Assembly: GCF_009914755.1 (NCBI RefSeq)
Contig: NC_060930.1
Reading direction: 5' to 3' (one strand)
From: the human T2T-CHM13v2.0 reference genome, Homo sapiens
DNA: 64,000 nucleotides
In this document: positions 1 through 17,092 of the stretch, piece by piece
Layout: each line of letters opens with the position of its first letter
How positions within the stretch are numbered: the first letter of the stretch is position 1
Made by a program: the position numbers and the translations under genes
The notes under the pieces: model-generated
Told to the model about the DNA's origin: nothing
Databases searched by the model: none
Seen by the model: only the letters and a program-made list of their open reading frames with translations

Positions 1-233
1 GTTTCCATTGTAAAACCAGAGCATGTTACAATTATTTATTGTGGTTTATTTCAGATTATGTTCAAATAAATTATGAATTTTATTATGTCCACAGTAAAAC
101 TTATCTTAATTTGCCTCTGTTTATTGGTGGTGCTTTGGCAAATTCATAAACTGTATCCTGTTTAGATATAGACACTGCTACTTTGAAGATGGTTTTGAAT
201 GAACATTAACCATATATTGGTAGGAAAAAAGGG

Positions 234-591
<358 letters not shown>

Positions 592-2268
592 TTAGGTGAG
601 TAGGAAGATTTAAGGGCAAACTATACCTTATTTATACACTCTGTCACACAGAGAGAAATATCTATTTGAATAAATTTTTTCCATTCATAATGGCTATACT
701 CTCCCATAGTATGAACGGATTGGTTAAATTGAGCAGGCACCCCCACTTCTTAATATGCAGTAGAGGCATCTGCTTAATAAACTCAGCTGCTCTTCTGGTG
801 GTGCCTAGCCTAGGACACAACTTGAACTTGTGTACAGACCTCTAACAGAGCATTCGGTTTCTCTGTATTCTTGGAAGATGAGCTGAATCCTTGTCACATC
901 TGTCTGGAGTGACACTTTTAGGCAATGAGCTTTATGCCAAAAGGAGAAAGCTGGAACTTCATTAGGCTAATAGTATAGGTAATTTGACTATTTCTGGACC
1001 TGCCTGCTGAATAAAATCTATGAGACTTGCTTTCATTGTTAAACTCATCAGATAACAAAATTATAAGGGAAGAAGGGAATAACCTTCACTTTCCTCTTGC
1101 TATTGGAGCTACCTATAAATTTCAAAATAACCAAATAAGTGCAAATAGCTACATTAGGTCAGTTCTACAATGTTGAGTTGAGGATTAAACTTGCTATTGC
1201 TTAGCAATTTCATGCTAGGGATATACTAAAGTGTAAGCTTTCAAAAATATGCAGTAATAATCATGTATAAAATACCTGGGTTAGCACTGTTTGTAATAAC
1301 AATAATAACAACAACAAAACATATAAACCTACATCAACAGGAAAATGGATCAGTGAAGTATTGTTTATTCAGAACGTGGAATATTATACAGAAGCAAAAA
1401 TGAACGAGAATAAATGTCACAAGCATAATAATGAGATAAAAACAAATTGCCAAAGAATAAATACAATAAAATATCATTTACACCAAACTTTAAAAATGCA
1501 AAAATAATATATATTGCTTAGAGATAGATTTAGACAACCAAAAGAAGTATGTTAGTAAAATAAATATCAAGTACAGGTTAGTTGGAAGATGATGAACAGC
1601 ATAGTTAATTGGGAAGAGACACATAAGGAGATTTAAATGTGTAGTAGCTATATAGATGTCTGCTCTATTTTTCTTAAATATGTGTATTCAGTATTATATA
1701 ATCATTTGTTTTAAGGGTAAACAGAGGTCCATCCTTTAAAAATGATTAATTTCACTCTTGTAGGGAGAACGATTTGTTGGGAAAGCTTGGAGACATTGGA
1801 GAGTTTAATGAAATCTAGCTGAGAGCAGATTGTAGTTGGGCTGAGGAGGTGGCAGTGGAGACAGATAGTTCGGTTTATGATATATTTTGGAATTAGAAGC
1901 AGTGGGATCTGTTGCTGACATAGATGTACAAAATGAAATACAGAGAGAAATAAAGTTTGACTGTTGGATTTTTTGCTGGAGCAACTGGTAGATAGTGGTA
2001 TCATGAGGGAGTTAAGATTACTAGAAGGATTCCTGGGGAGAGTGTGAAGGGCAGAGTGAAAGACTGAGGGTCTTATTGTGTGTTACAGCTAACCCAGACT
2101 ACCCAAGAATCTTTCTAGTTCTTTAAATGCTTTGCTATTCTAATTATCTCTAAGTGGGAGGCTTTCTTTTAAAAGTTTCTTTTAAAAAATAAATCACTAT
2201 CTTATAAAAGAAGCCTAACCAACCCAGCCTCAGTCTACTATGATTGTTTCTACAATATTTAAAATTTG

Positions 2269-2574
<306 letters not shown>

Positions 2575-2699
2575 TTACAGATAAACATGACTTACTTTAT
2601 AGAAGTGTACCGTCTGCCCCATCCCTTCTGGTACTGCCTAAACCACGCTAGACAAATGCTGAGGAGATAAAGGAAAGGACAGATAAGATGTTTGTGTTT

Positions 2700-3510
2700 T
2701 TAAAATTTGTTTTAATTTTAATTATTATGGATACATAACAGTTATAGAGTACATGTGATAGTGTAATGCAAGCAGACAATGTGTAATGATCAGATCAGGG
2801 TAACTGGGATACCCATCACCTTAAGCAGGTATTATTTCTTTGTGTTAGGAACATTCCACTTCTACTCTTTTAGTTATTCGGAAATACACAACAAACTATT
2901 ATCAACTATAGTTGCCCTATTTTGCTACCAAACACTAGATCTCATTTCTTCTATCCAACTGTATTTTTGTACCCATAAACAAAATGGGTACAAAATTTTG
3001 TACCCTCTTCATTCTGTCCCACCCCACCAACTACACTTCCCAGCCTCTGGTAACCATCATTCTACTCCCCACCTCCACGAATTCCAATTTTTTTAGCTCT
3101 CACATATGAGTGGGAACATGCTGTATTTGTCTTTCTCTGCCTGACTTGTTTCACTTAACATAATGTCCTCCACTTTCATCTATGTTGTTGCGAATCACAA
3201 GGTTTCATATTTTTATGTTTGAATAATATTCCATTGTTTATATGTACCACGTTTTCTTTATCCATTCATCCACTGAGAAACAGTTTGATTTCTTATCTTG
3301 GCTACCGTGAATAGTGCTGTAATAAACATGGGAGTACAGATATCTCTTTGATGCATCAATTTGCTTTCTTTTGGGTAAATACCTAGCAGTGGGATTGCTG
3401 GATCATATGGTAGTTCTATTTGTAGGTTTTTTTTTTTTTTTTAGAAACCTCAATACCGTTCTCCATAGTGGCTGTACTAATTTACATTCCCATCAACAGT
3501 GTACAAGCGT
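2700..3510 (-). mobile_element. L1MA-like LINE 3' fragment
   Basis: Reverse L1 3' end motifs (TTCACTTAACATAATGTCCTCC, AGCAGTGGGATTGCTGGATCATATGGTAGTTCTATT, TTTACATTCCCATCAACAGTG). Confidence 0.85.
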
Positions 3511-4525
3511 TTTATATATATGAATGAAACCTCTCTCTGTGTGTGTGGGTGTGTGTATATATATATATAGAGAGAGAGAGAGAGATAGCTAGATATGCAA
3601 AGGACCTGAAATTATACATATGTATTATATATTTATTATAAATGTAAATAGAATATATTATATATTTATATAAAATATGCATGTTATATAAATATATCAT
3701 ATATTATACAAATAGATATCATATATTATATATAAATAGATATCATATATTATATATTATATAAATATATCTTATATTACATATTATATAAATAGATATC
3801 ATATATTATATGATATAATTATTATATATTTATATAGAGCCTCTCTCTATAGATGTTTATATATATTTATATATTATATTGATATATATTTATATATTAT
3901 ATTGATATATACATATTTATATATCTATATATTATATTGATATATACATATTTATATATTATATATATTTTTATATTTATATCTAAATATTTATATATTT
4001 ATATCTTTATATATTTATATATAATATTTATATATTAATATAATATATATTTATATATAAAAATATATATATAATATAATTTTATATAAATATTTATATA
4101 TTATATTTATATATACATATTTATATATTATATAGAGGCTCTCTCTGTATAAATATATGTGTATATGTAGAGAGAAGTTTTATATATATAAATTATATAT
4201 AGTGAAAGGTTTTATATATATAAACATATATATTTTATAGATATAACTCCCCTTTTTCTCTCTATATATATGTGTGTGTATATATTTATATATGGAACCT
4301 CTCTTTCTCTCTCTCTACATATATATAATGTATATTATATATTGATATATCTCTGCATATACAAATGTATTTATATATTTTTCTATATATAAAATATATT
4401 TATATATGGGGGAGTTTTATATATATAAAATATAATATATAAGGGGGTTTATATGTATTAATGCATGTATTATTTTATATTATACTAATAATATATAATT
4501 ATATGTTATTAAATTTTATATATAG
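3511..4525. repeat. ~1 kb degenerate (TA)n/AT-rich low-complexity tract
   Basis: Mostly alternating A/T with recurring units such as ATAAATAGATATCATATATT and TATATTATATTGATA. Confidence 0.95.
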
Positions 4526-5611
4526 CGAGAAAGAGATGGGGTTCTCTTGAACTCCTGGACTCAAGTGATCCTCCCACCTCAGCCTGCTGAGTAGCTGGGA
4601 CTACAGGTGCATACCACCACACCTTGCTAGAAATAGTTTTAATTAAATTATTGATGAGCTATCTAATTTTTTTGGTGGAAAATGGGTTCCCCTCTCATTT
4701 AGAGTCCCCTACTTCGATTAGTTCTCCTTGGAGCAATTATATCAATTAGCATAATGTGGGTAATCACTCCATGGAACACTGGACAAAATAATGAAAAGAT
4801 AAGGATCATATCTATTCTATGACTTCGATTTTCTAAGATATACCTAAAGTTTCTATTATACAAAATTATCCTTATTAAAAGTCAGCATGATTCAGCATCC
4901 TTACTCATTAATAGAATGAATTTCTTTCTATAATATGTATTAGTTCTTTAATTTAAAAAATTTAAATCAGTATAAACTTTTTATCTTTTATTGTAAAACT
5001 CCAGATCCTTTGCATGCTGTTCTATATATAATGCATTTCCTTTTGAAAGTTTGGTGTCCCCAAACTTTTAAGAACGAATGATTCAGGAAGATGGCTGTGA
5101 ATATCCCCTGACCATTGCCTTGTAGGCCTGGAGGACTCCTTTTCATACAAGACCAGGGAATGATATGGCTCTATTGGTTTCTGTAGCTTTTTTTTTCTTT
5201 TTCAATGCAGATTCCTTCATCTCCCATCACCACCCATATTCTAATTAATTGAAACAGATTGTCAGTTTCTAAACACAAATGCAATACCCATATCTTTACC
5301 TTTTCTCATATTATTCCTTTTCCCAGTCTAAACTACCTTATTTCTTCCTCTCCCAAACTACTATTTTTTTCTAGAAGACCCAACATAAAATTTACCTCTA
5401 TTGTTAAGACTTATCTAACGTTTTTAGGTAGAATTAATCTTTTCTTCTCGAGGCCATCGTAGCACTTTACTTACAATCAGTAGTGCCACTGATCACACCT
5501 CCTCTTCTCTATCTTCCTCACCGCCATTAATTCTGAGCAAATAAGGGCTCTGCTTTACTCGATTTTGTATCCCTACTGTCTAACACAGTGCTTGACAAAT
5601 AGGTAAGGAAG

Positions 5612-6013
5612 TGTATTAGTCTGCCTGGCACCACAATAAAATGCCATGGACTGGGTGGTTTAAACAAGACAAATTTCTCACAGTTCTGGACATGCCAAGA
5701 TCTAGGTGCCAGCAGGGTCAGTTTCTGGTGGGGCCTCTCCTCTTGGATTGCAGACAGCTGTCTTCTCTTGGTGTCCCCACATAGCCTTTCCTCTGTGTGT
5801 TCTCAGAGAGAGAGCACGTAAGCCCAGAAGTGAGTGAGCTCTTGTCTTTTTCTCTTCTTATAAGGACACCAGCCCTATCAAATTAGGGGCCCGCTGTTAT
5901 AGCCTCATTTAACCTTAATTACTTCTTTAAAGACCCTATCTGTAAATGGAGTCACATTGTGGGTCAGGGCCTCAGCATATGAATTTTCAAGGGGGCAAAT
6001 TTCATTCTGTAAC
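5612..6013 (-). mobile_element. MaLR solo LTR (MLT1-like)
   Basis: TGTATTAGTC terminus, TTTCTCACAGTTCTGGA, CTCATTTAACCTTAATTAC motifs. Confidence 0.8.
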
Positions 6014-8879
6014 GGTAAACTTTATAATAAAATGTGTTGGATGAATGACATTATTCTTATTTTCAGAAATGTTTTCCTCAACTACTTGCAGATGTCTAAG
6101 TTCCTTTAGAAACAGATTAAACTTTGAGCAGCAGAGATGAATGGTTTAAGATAGAAATGTTTGGATGAGGCAATTTATTGAAAATCATTTACTCTAAAGT
6201 GTAATGAGTTGATTAGTCACCATCCTACGTGACTGAGTGCACCTCGTTCCAGTTCACACAGAGAGGATGGATTCTGGCATTGGAGGGTTGGGGAAAGTGA
6301 ACTGTAACGAGAAAGATGGGGTAGTGAGTTATTAGAAAAGAAAATACAAAATATTATCTCATGTTCTGATAGTGATGAAGACTTAGTGACTAGGAGGTCA
6401 TTTGGAGGTGATATAATAAAGCTATCATGGCCAGAACTTCTAGTTAGAGGCATATGAGACTGATCCCAGCTCCTCCAATTTTTTCAATTGCAGCCAAGTT
6501 ATTTACCTATCTGTAATTCAATCTGTCTCATCAAATAAATGAGGATTATAATATCACCTAATTTACAACTTTGCAGTGGTGGTTAAATAAAAATATATAG
6601 TGCACATTCCAGTTTCTGGACATAGTTAGCATTATGAGAAGTTAGAAATATTAAGACTATTTTTAATATTGTTAGATGCTCAAAGGAGGTGTTAGTGTTA
6701 CAGCACTGAGCATAATAGACAAAGATTCCTGCTCAGGTAGAGCTTGCTCTAGTGCAACATCTGTGCATGTGTGTGTCTGTGTGTCTGTGTGTCTGCTTGT
6801 GTACAGCTTCGAAATAACACTGATTGTCTTTGAACCACACCACACATAATAAAAATGATTTAATAATTAATGTCTTCTTACAGGGTCACCTTCAGTGTAA
6901 TGGACTTCATTCCCAGAGCACTAATTAATAGGGGCTGTGATTGTCAAGGCACAAAACAAAAATGCTGGAAATACTGTCAACTGTATTACAAAGATGTCCA
7001 CTTGAGTTTTAAATATTTGGGAAGAATGATGAAAAGTTACTAAAATAACTACTTTGTCTAAAACCATGTAATTATATAAACATGGAAATGATTATCATAA
7101 CATAGAAGAAAAATCTATTTTCTAATTACTTTCATTGGCAGATTTTATTATTTCGCTGATCAGTGTTGAGGTACCTGTCTGATACTTACAAAATCCCTTT
7201 TTATGGATGTGCTTCAAAGCATTTATTCTCAGATCACTCAGACTGCAAATGGAATTGTGCTTGGAACAATGACTAGTGTTATGTGGAGCATTTTGCTATA
7301 GTGTTCATTTGTCTTCTTTCCTGTTAAGCCCTTAAATCGCTGCCAAGTGGTGTCAAAGAACCATAGCAACAATAGGAGTTAGTTTCTATTCACCTGAAAA
7401 TTCATTAATCACAATTTCCCTTCAAATCTAGCTAGAATCTTTAGCTGAAATTTATGTAGTTTTTTATAATCTTTTGTTTGGGAAGGGTTGGTAGTAATTA
7501 TCTTAGAATATATAAATATTAAATCCTTTGAATATAAAAAATGACTTTAAAAATTCCAAATACCATTTACTAATTATTTATATTTTAATCAATATGTTTG
7601 TTTCACCAGAAAGAACCAAAATCTTTCATTTGAAATCTTTGTGCTTTGGAAGCAAAACAAGATTACTTCAATAAGTGCACATTTAAGATTCCTATTTATA
7701 TTCTTCAATGGGTGTCTGTAAGCCACAGATAATTAAATTGGTGGTTCCTTTGTTCAGAGGCTACAAATGTGTTTATTTAAGTTACTCATATGTTCAACAA
7801 CTGTTTTTGTAAAAAGGAGGAGTGGGCTCATACATTTATTCATCAAGCATTTTCTTGGAGCCTGTTATGTGCAGGGCCTGAGCTAGGTAGGGAGTACAAA
7901 GATAATTAAAATATGAAACAAAAGGGAAGATAAATACATATGTAGACAAATAAAAAGAATATATAGTAGAGAAATTATGTTGATTGAGCTGGCACATTTT
8001 GCTCAGTTCTTTGTAGTTGTGGTGTTTTGTAGTTTTGATTTGCAGTTTTCTGCATTCAATTGAGGATTTTAATAAGTTTCTTTAATTTAGTTTTGGTTCT
8101 CATGATGAATTATTTTAGAAATATAGTACCCCTGTGAGTCTTAAGGCAGTGTTTTCTTTCCTTTTGTTGTTAGTTTTCTATAATATTCATGGCGGACCTT
8201 TTCTGTCAGCCAGCTTCAAATGATGTACGCCTATTTCTGTATTTTACCAAGAGAAACAAAAGAGTGTTTTCCATTTGTGAAGTAGAAATAGTAATAGTAC
8301 TTCACATAGAGTGGTGTTGTGATGATTAGAGTTAATTGTTTAAAAGCGTAACAATGTCTGGCACATACTAAGTGCTACAAAATGTAGTTAAATAAAATAA
8401 ATAAAATAAAATATACCTTATTCCCCATTCCAGTCATTGTCTACCTGGTGGTTGTGGTTGACCTAAATCAACTTACTCTTTCTTTTTGGTAGAAATGGTA
8501 GCCATCCCAAAATTCTTGGGTTTCAAGTAAAAGTGAAAGCAAACTTCAGCTGAATTATACCACATATACAGACATTTATTAACTAAATATTGATTAGTAA
8601 GAGAACATATAAAACAAAAATTGAAACAAATATTTTGTACAACTCATTTTATAGTTTCTAGATAGCTCCAGTTCTCCAGCCATGAAGTGCTTTGAGCACT
8701 AACCTGAATGAAAGATTTGCTAGAACCAAATGGCAAAATTCTAGAGACAAGACATTTCAGCTTTGTAGACTCTCAGATGCTCAGAATCAGGGTAGTGAGG
8801 CACATATCACAGGTGCAAAATTTAAGTAAGTGCCAAAAACTCAGTAATCAGGAGTAGTAATATTTCTAAAAATAATTCT

Positions 8880-9244
<365 letters not shown>

Positions 9245-10990
9245 TGACAATGGCATGCAATCCCCTTGGGCAACACAGAGGATAATGTGGAGATTTATAT
9301 ATAGCCATGTTCTTTCATTGTAGAGATGTTATTAACTTTTTTCACTTAGTTCAAAATACGGGAGAATATTTTTGTAAATATATATAGGGGCACACTTCTT
9401 TTCTTTGCTGAACTCAGATTCCAGTATGGCTTGATGGGGCACTACTTAGATCCCTCAAGAGTTCACTTCTGGAGGTAGGAGGGGGTAGAGATTTAGTCCA
9501 AGGCATTATCCCTAAAGGCAAGACTTCTGGCCTTTCAGCGTTCTTCTACTTTGTCATGCATATTAGGAGGAGTGAGTGTCTCTGTAAAACAAACAAACAA
9601 ACAACCCAAAAAACCCAAAACTACATACTTCAGGTATTTTAAATTTCATCATTGAGAGTTTCATCATGCTACATGCTAATCCACAGGCCATTATTTCCAC
9701 CAATAAAAACCCATTTCTGAGATCCAATATGCTAATTAGCAAAGAGTAACAGTTCCTGATTAGAGCTCTCACTGACTGCCTATGGGCCCTGCATTCTTGA
9801 TGGTAAATTATGTGACCACTCCCAAATGTGAAATTTGGATTACAGTGAAACTGACCCTAGATTTGAGTTGGTATCTTCTTTTGTCTCTACTGTTTGGTTG
9901 TCTGAGATGCTAAAACATCAGAATTACGGGAAAATCCGTAATTTCCCACATGGAGTAGTATTGGGCTCATCTTGACTCCATACATACATATAATTTTATT
10001 TAAGGAGACTACATCTCCCAGAGTTCTACAAACATTTCTCCTCTATAATTCTTGCCCAGTTCTTTTCTAGGAATTGTAGTCACTAATTTTACATAGAAAG
10101 AGATAGACTTACTGAGGATGCAGGGAGACCAACACATAGGTTTCTGCACTCTGTCTGGTGAGAGGTATATGCCTTGATTTCTGGCTGGGTATTATAAATG
10201 CCTTGTATTTCTGTGCCAGTGGCAGATAGAGGGGTAAAGACAAAGCATTTTCTTTTTCTTTCAAGGCAGCAGATTTTCATTGTTTGAGTGTATATTGTGC
10301 AGGGGTCAGTAATTGTCTCCCCACCCAACTGCCAGTTGTAATTCTTTTCAGATTCTGGCAACAATATGACTCTTAGTCCTGGTCAGTTAACTTATTCTTT
10401 CATCAAATGTTTATGGAATTTTTCCTACATACTAGGTGCTATTTTAGGCACTGGGAACACAGATAAAATAAGCCTGCCTTTATAAAGCTTAAATTCTTGT
10501 TTTGCCTCTTCATCTCATTCTGTGAATTCATGGATAGGAATAAGAAGAGCTGCTAGATAGATATCATTTGACACTGAAGCCCAACCTAAAACACTTTGGC
10601 ATATCTAGTGAATTTCAAATATTAGGGTAATCAGTTTGATCTTTTCTCATATCCATAAATTACTCATTAAGGAAATTTAAATTGTTAAATAAAGTTGCAC
10701 AGCATTTTATATATCTTCTACATGGACTTTTAACATAATTCATTTAGTATTTTAATGTTTCAGAAGCATTTCAGTCCATCCACCACATTATTTATGGGCA
10801 GAGTTGGCTCAGAAAGATTAAATTAACTGCTTAAGGGATATTCCTAATTAAGTAAAGAAGCTGAAACTCAAACCCAAGACTTCTGACTTCAAGTTCAGTG
10901 ATAATTCCATTATACTAGTCAAATATGCAGTTTCCAGCACTTTCCATGTTGATGAATAATTCATTAAATTCACAGGGCAATAGATAATAA

Positions 10991-11306
<316 letters not shown>

Positions 11307-12504
11307 AGTTGTTTTTTTCACAACTGAATTAAGCCATGGATTTTTTCCAAGATTGCCTGTCAGTAGTTCAAAATGCTGTGTGTATTCAGTAAGCCTCTTG
11401 CTTCTTTGACCTGTTAGAGTCTGCTTGTTCTGAGTGCTCAGTATCAAACACTCTTCTGATGCTACAGGCCTCCTTATGAGGACATACTCATTTCGTTGTT
11501 ATCAGTGAGTTGAAAACACAACTGACACTAAGGCCACATGATGTTTCTTGGTCAGCTTCTATTGCATTAAAGTTCCCATTTTATATTTTGGTTTCCTTTT
11601 TCTTCTGATCAAGATATAATTTAGGAACCATACAAGAAAGAGCCCATCTTTTTTCCATTACCTCAGAGAAGGTAAAATATATCTTTTCAAGTTTTAGATT
11701 TTTTTCAATCTTGATTTTCATATATTAAATGCATAATGACTCTCAAGTATGTTGCTAGAAAGCTTTATCTTCTAACAGCCCATTACATATTTAATGAGGC
11801 TCAGTCAGTTGCACATTTAACATGGTCTAGTAAGCATCCATTTTAAGGAAGGCGCACAGTTAGTTCCTACAGGCTCGATTGCTCCAGTTTATGGAATAGT
11901 TTTCAAGTTTCTGCATTGGTACTAGATTATCAAGGTCCCCAGAGCATCTGATATTAAAAGATGCCTTGGACACCCATCCACCAATCCCTTCGTTAAGAAA
12001 AGAAAAAAAAAATCCTACAATTGCATGTCAAGAACAATAATTATATTAGGAAAAACACACTGATACATGGTTTATATCATGCCCCAGAACCTTCTCTGAA
12101 TAGAAGAAATTTGAATAATAACTGCTGCACACACACACACACACACACATATACTTAGACACACATTAAGGTACTCTTACAAGAGGAAAGGCTTTTCACT
12201 CAAAGATACATGAATGGGAAAGAAATATTTCTCTATTTCTCAAAAAGTCAATTAAATTTTATGTTTGATCAAATTGCCCAAGTATCTCTTAATACATATC
12301 TAAAGGCATAAAAGTGAGAAATGACACAACCCAAAACTCTTTTCTTAGTTTCTACTAATATAGTTTTTTCAAAAGATATTAAAATGATTTTTCAACCTAC
12401 AGAGTAATAATTATTTCAAGCAAGTATCATCAATGTTTGCTAAAACTATAGAATGAAAATCTGAATAAGAACAGTATATTGTATTATCCCAAAGTCTCTT
12501 TCTA

Positions 12505-12985
12505 CAGCTCACAAACCAATTACAAAAATTGAAACAGTGATTTTCCAGTAGAGAAACATGGCAGATGCCACCTTAACCAAGTATTCATAGTTAACATAGC
12601 TAATAATGGGACAAACAGCTGATCCTCCTGTTGTGATGCACGAATGATATACCATTCCTGCCTAAAATACGTAAAATGAACATACAGTTAAGGAAACATC
12701 AGACAAATTCACATCGAGGGACATTTTACAAAACAACTGGCCTGTAATCTTCATAAGGGTCAATGTCATGAAAGAAAAAGAAAGAAAGATGGAGGAATCA
12801 TTTCGGGTCAAGAGAGACTAAAGAGACCTGACAAGTAAATGCAAAGCATGATCTTGGATTGACACAAAAAATTTCATAAAGGATGTTATCGGGATAATTG
12901 GTGAAAACTGAAAATCAGCTGTGTGTAGTATAATATTACATTAATGTTAAGTCTCCTGAGTTTGATAAAACTAGTGTATGAATAC
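12505..12985 (+). mobile_element. L1MC-like LINE 3' fragment
   Basis: GAAACATCAGACAAA..GAGGGACATTTTACAAAACAACTGGCCTGTA..TCAATGTCATGAAAG resembles L1MC 3' UTR. Confidence 0.65.
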
Positions 12986-13816
12986 ACAAATACATGTTTG
13001 CATATACATGCATATATATATATATACAAATATATATGCATTAAAATAAAAAGTTGAAATGTAAAATATGAAAAAGTTAATTCAAGAAAAACATTGTACC
13101 TAAAAAAAAAAATAAAACAAAGCAAAGCAAAAGGGAACAAAAATTATTGAGACTACAATTGTTGTTATTCCTTCTGTCTGTGTCTTGGAAATAATGAAAT
13201 AATTTAACCAAGTTATAAAGATGAGGAACAAAATTTGTGAGACTTGTTTTATTTACAGTCCTTTTGCTATGGCAAGCTCTCTGAAATACCTTTTTGTTTT
13301 TGTTTGAGTGTCATAAACTACTTCTTAATTGTTTTGGGTAGCTTATAAAATTTCATATAGAGTGCAGCTTAATTATGTTTTCTTGAAGCTTTTTTCTCTC
13401 TCTTGCTATATTCACCATTGAAGCAAACGTTTGTTGCTATAAAACAAGGAACCATTGGATTTTATACAGCCATGTCCCTGGTGCCTTTATGTAATCTACA
13501 TTCACACTCTGCATATTTAGCATCGCTTGTAATGAGGCTTCCTGAACCATGGTAACCCTTGTAACTCAGTAAATAATGGAAATTAGATGGATCATTCTTT
13601 CTAGTGGCATGTTGTGAGGTAATCGGCTTTCATTACAGGCTTTCTTGCAGAGGTGATTGGGATTAGATGCTGTAAACACAGAGCAGAATATATTCGTTTT
13701 CCCAAAAAGCCAAGTTCAAGATTTGTATGAATCACTGTCGCTACTTTCCCACAGCCATTTTCAGCTTCTTCCTGAGCCTGTAAATGGACAACCTTGCTTA
13801 ACATGTCTGCTTTCCA

Positions 13817-14116
<300 letters not shown>

Positions 14117-14415
14117 TCCATTTTCAACATCTCTTTAAGGGATTCTGGTCCCTCTGTAGAAATCATCCGGAAGAAAATATTTCTTTCTTTCGTATATTAA
14201 TTTTGCAATGAGTAGTCTCTATAACGGTAAGCCACATTTTCCTGCAGAAAAGGGACTGCTTCTCTTAGCTTACCTTGGAAGCTTAGAAGAGAAAAATATA
14301 AAGCTTTATTTTGTGTATGTGGTTGTGATGACCTACTGTCTTATGCAAAATCAATTAAATATATTCATTTATACTTTCAAAATTTTCAAAGTTACGAAAT
14401 GGCAGGTTACAATGA

Positions 14416-15190
<775 letters not shown>

Positions 15191-15408
15191 TTTCATAATA
15201 TCAGTGACCTGGGATTGTCATCAGTTTCTGGTGCTTCTTCCTGCTATTAAGTCATCATTAAGTGAAACGTGCTTTTCAGTATCAGGGGATTTTGTTGTAA
15301 GGCACACTTTGTCCTACTGTGTCTCTTTTACTATTAAAGTTACTACAAGCATGTTTCTCTTTGACTGTATTTCTCTTTGAAGCATTTTGAATTGATAATT
15401 AAATAATG

Positions 15409-15935
15409 TAGTCCTCCCTTATCCATGGGGATAAGTTCCAAGACCCTCGAGTGGATACCTGAAACCACAGATACCGAACCCTATATATATTATGTTTTTC
15501 CTAAGTGAGCATATCTATGATAAAGTTTAATTTATAAATTAGAAACAGTAAGAGACTAACAACTTCTCTTTGACATATGTTTGGGTTTCTTTTGGTATAT
15601 CCAAGTTGTCAGCATCACTACTCTTGCACTTTATTAATTAAAATAAGGGTTACTTGAACACAGCACTGCCATAGCAAGACAATCAATCTGATAACCAAGA
15701 TGGCTATTGAGTGACTAATGGATGAATAGTGCATATCGTGTGAATCTGCTGGACAAAGGGATAATCTACCTCCCAGGCAGGACGGCATGAGATTTCTTCA
15801 CTTTACTCAGAATGGTGCATAATTTAAAACTTACGAATTATTTATTTTTGGAATTTTGCATTTAATATTTTTGAACTGCAGTTGGGGAATTGAAATCACA
15901 GAAAGCAAAACTGCAGATAAGTGGGGGCTGCTATA
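15409..15935. mobile_element. MER44/Tigger7-like DNA transposon
   Basis: Inverted-repeat-like ends TAGTCCTCCCTTATCC ... GATAAGTGGGGGCTGCTA. Confidence 0.7.
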
Positions 15936-16639
15936 GTGGTTTGCACTATTATATTTGGAAGAGGAAAGGTCTAAACATTTGGCTTTTGTTGCAAATGAAG
16001 AAATTTTTTTGGGTAGGAGTAATCACCTAAAAACCTTAATAAGTTGTGATCTTGCTCGAAAACCCAAGAAGTGTTTCTTTTTTTGTTTTTGTTTTGCATA
16101 TGTAGCATTATTTGTGTTTGTTTGCCTGATTATAGATGAAAGTGCTTGATGAAATTCCCAATATTTATTCTATCTCTAGGATAATGTGAACATAGCAATT
16201 AAAGCTTATAAACAGTGGAGTTTCATGCCCAGATAATTATGGCAAGAATTTTTCAGGTGCACGCTTTCTAAAATTTATATGCTTAAGGAAGCACTTATGA
16301 TTGAAAGCACGAGGACGATTCTTTTTCACTGCCCCATTCATAACCATTTTTTTCTCCCATTTTACATAGAAAGGCTTTCTGCTTATCTATTTAGGATCTT
16401 TATATGATTGATGATCTCACCATGTAGAAATTTCTCAGATTCAAAATAAAGGGACACTAGAAATATTACAGTGTTGAGAAGGTGAATACTCTAATGACTG
16501 TTAGGCAAATCCTTTTGAAAGCCAGGTGACTTCTAATTCTTTGCTATCAATATATAGAGATAGATTATTTAAAATAATTTGGATGATTGATCACTACAGG
16601 AGTTTGCAGTTAACTTGGAAACAATTCAAATAATGGATT

Positions 16640-16885
16640 GGCTGCATGCTCATGCCTATATCCCAACATTTTGGAGAGGCTGAGGCAGGCAGATTGCTTG
16701 AGCCCAGGAGTTTAAGACCAGCCGGTGCAATATGAGGAGACCTTATCTCTACAGATAATTTAAAAATTAGCCAGATGTGGTGGCACGTGCCTGTAGTCCC
16801 AGCTACTCAGGAGGCTGAGGTGGGAGGATTACCTGAGCTAGGGTGACAGAGCAGGACGCTGTCTCAAAAAACAAGAAAAAGAAAG
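16640..16885 (+). mobile_element. AluJ-like SINE
   Basis: TTGCTTGAGCCCAGGAGTT diagnostic, internal deletion in right arm, A-rich tail. Confidence 0.88.
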
Positions 16886-17092
16886 AATAGATGGATATTT
16901 CAATACTAATATTACGTTCGCCCCAACTATTATTTATGTAAATGTTTCTCAGTACATATGTCCACGAAAAAAAATTTTTAAGGGAGAAAATAAATTCTCA
17001 CATCTGTCTTATTCTAGCAATATGACATATCTACAATACGTAAACTAATTGGAAAGAAAAAAATCCCACAGTACCATCAATACCCTTAACAG

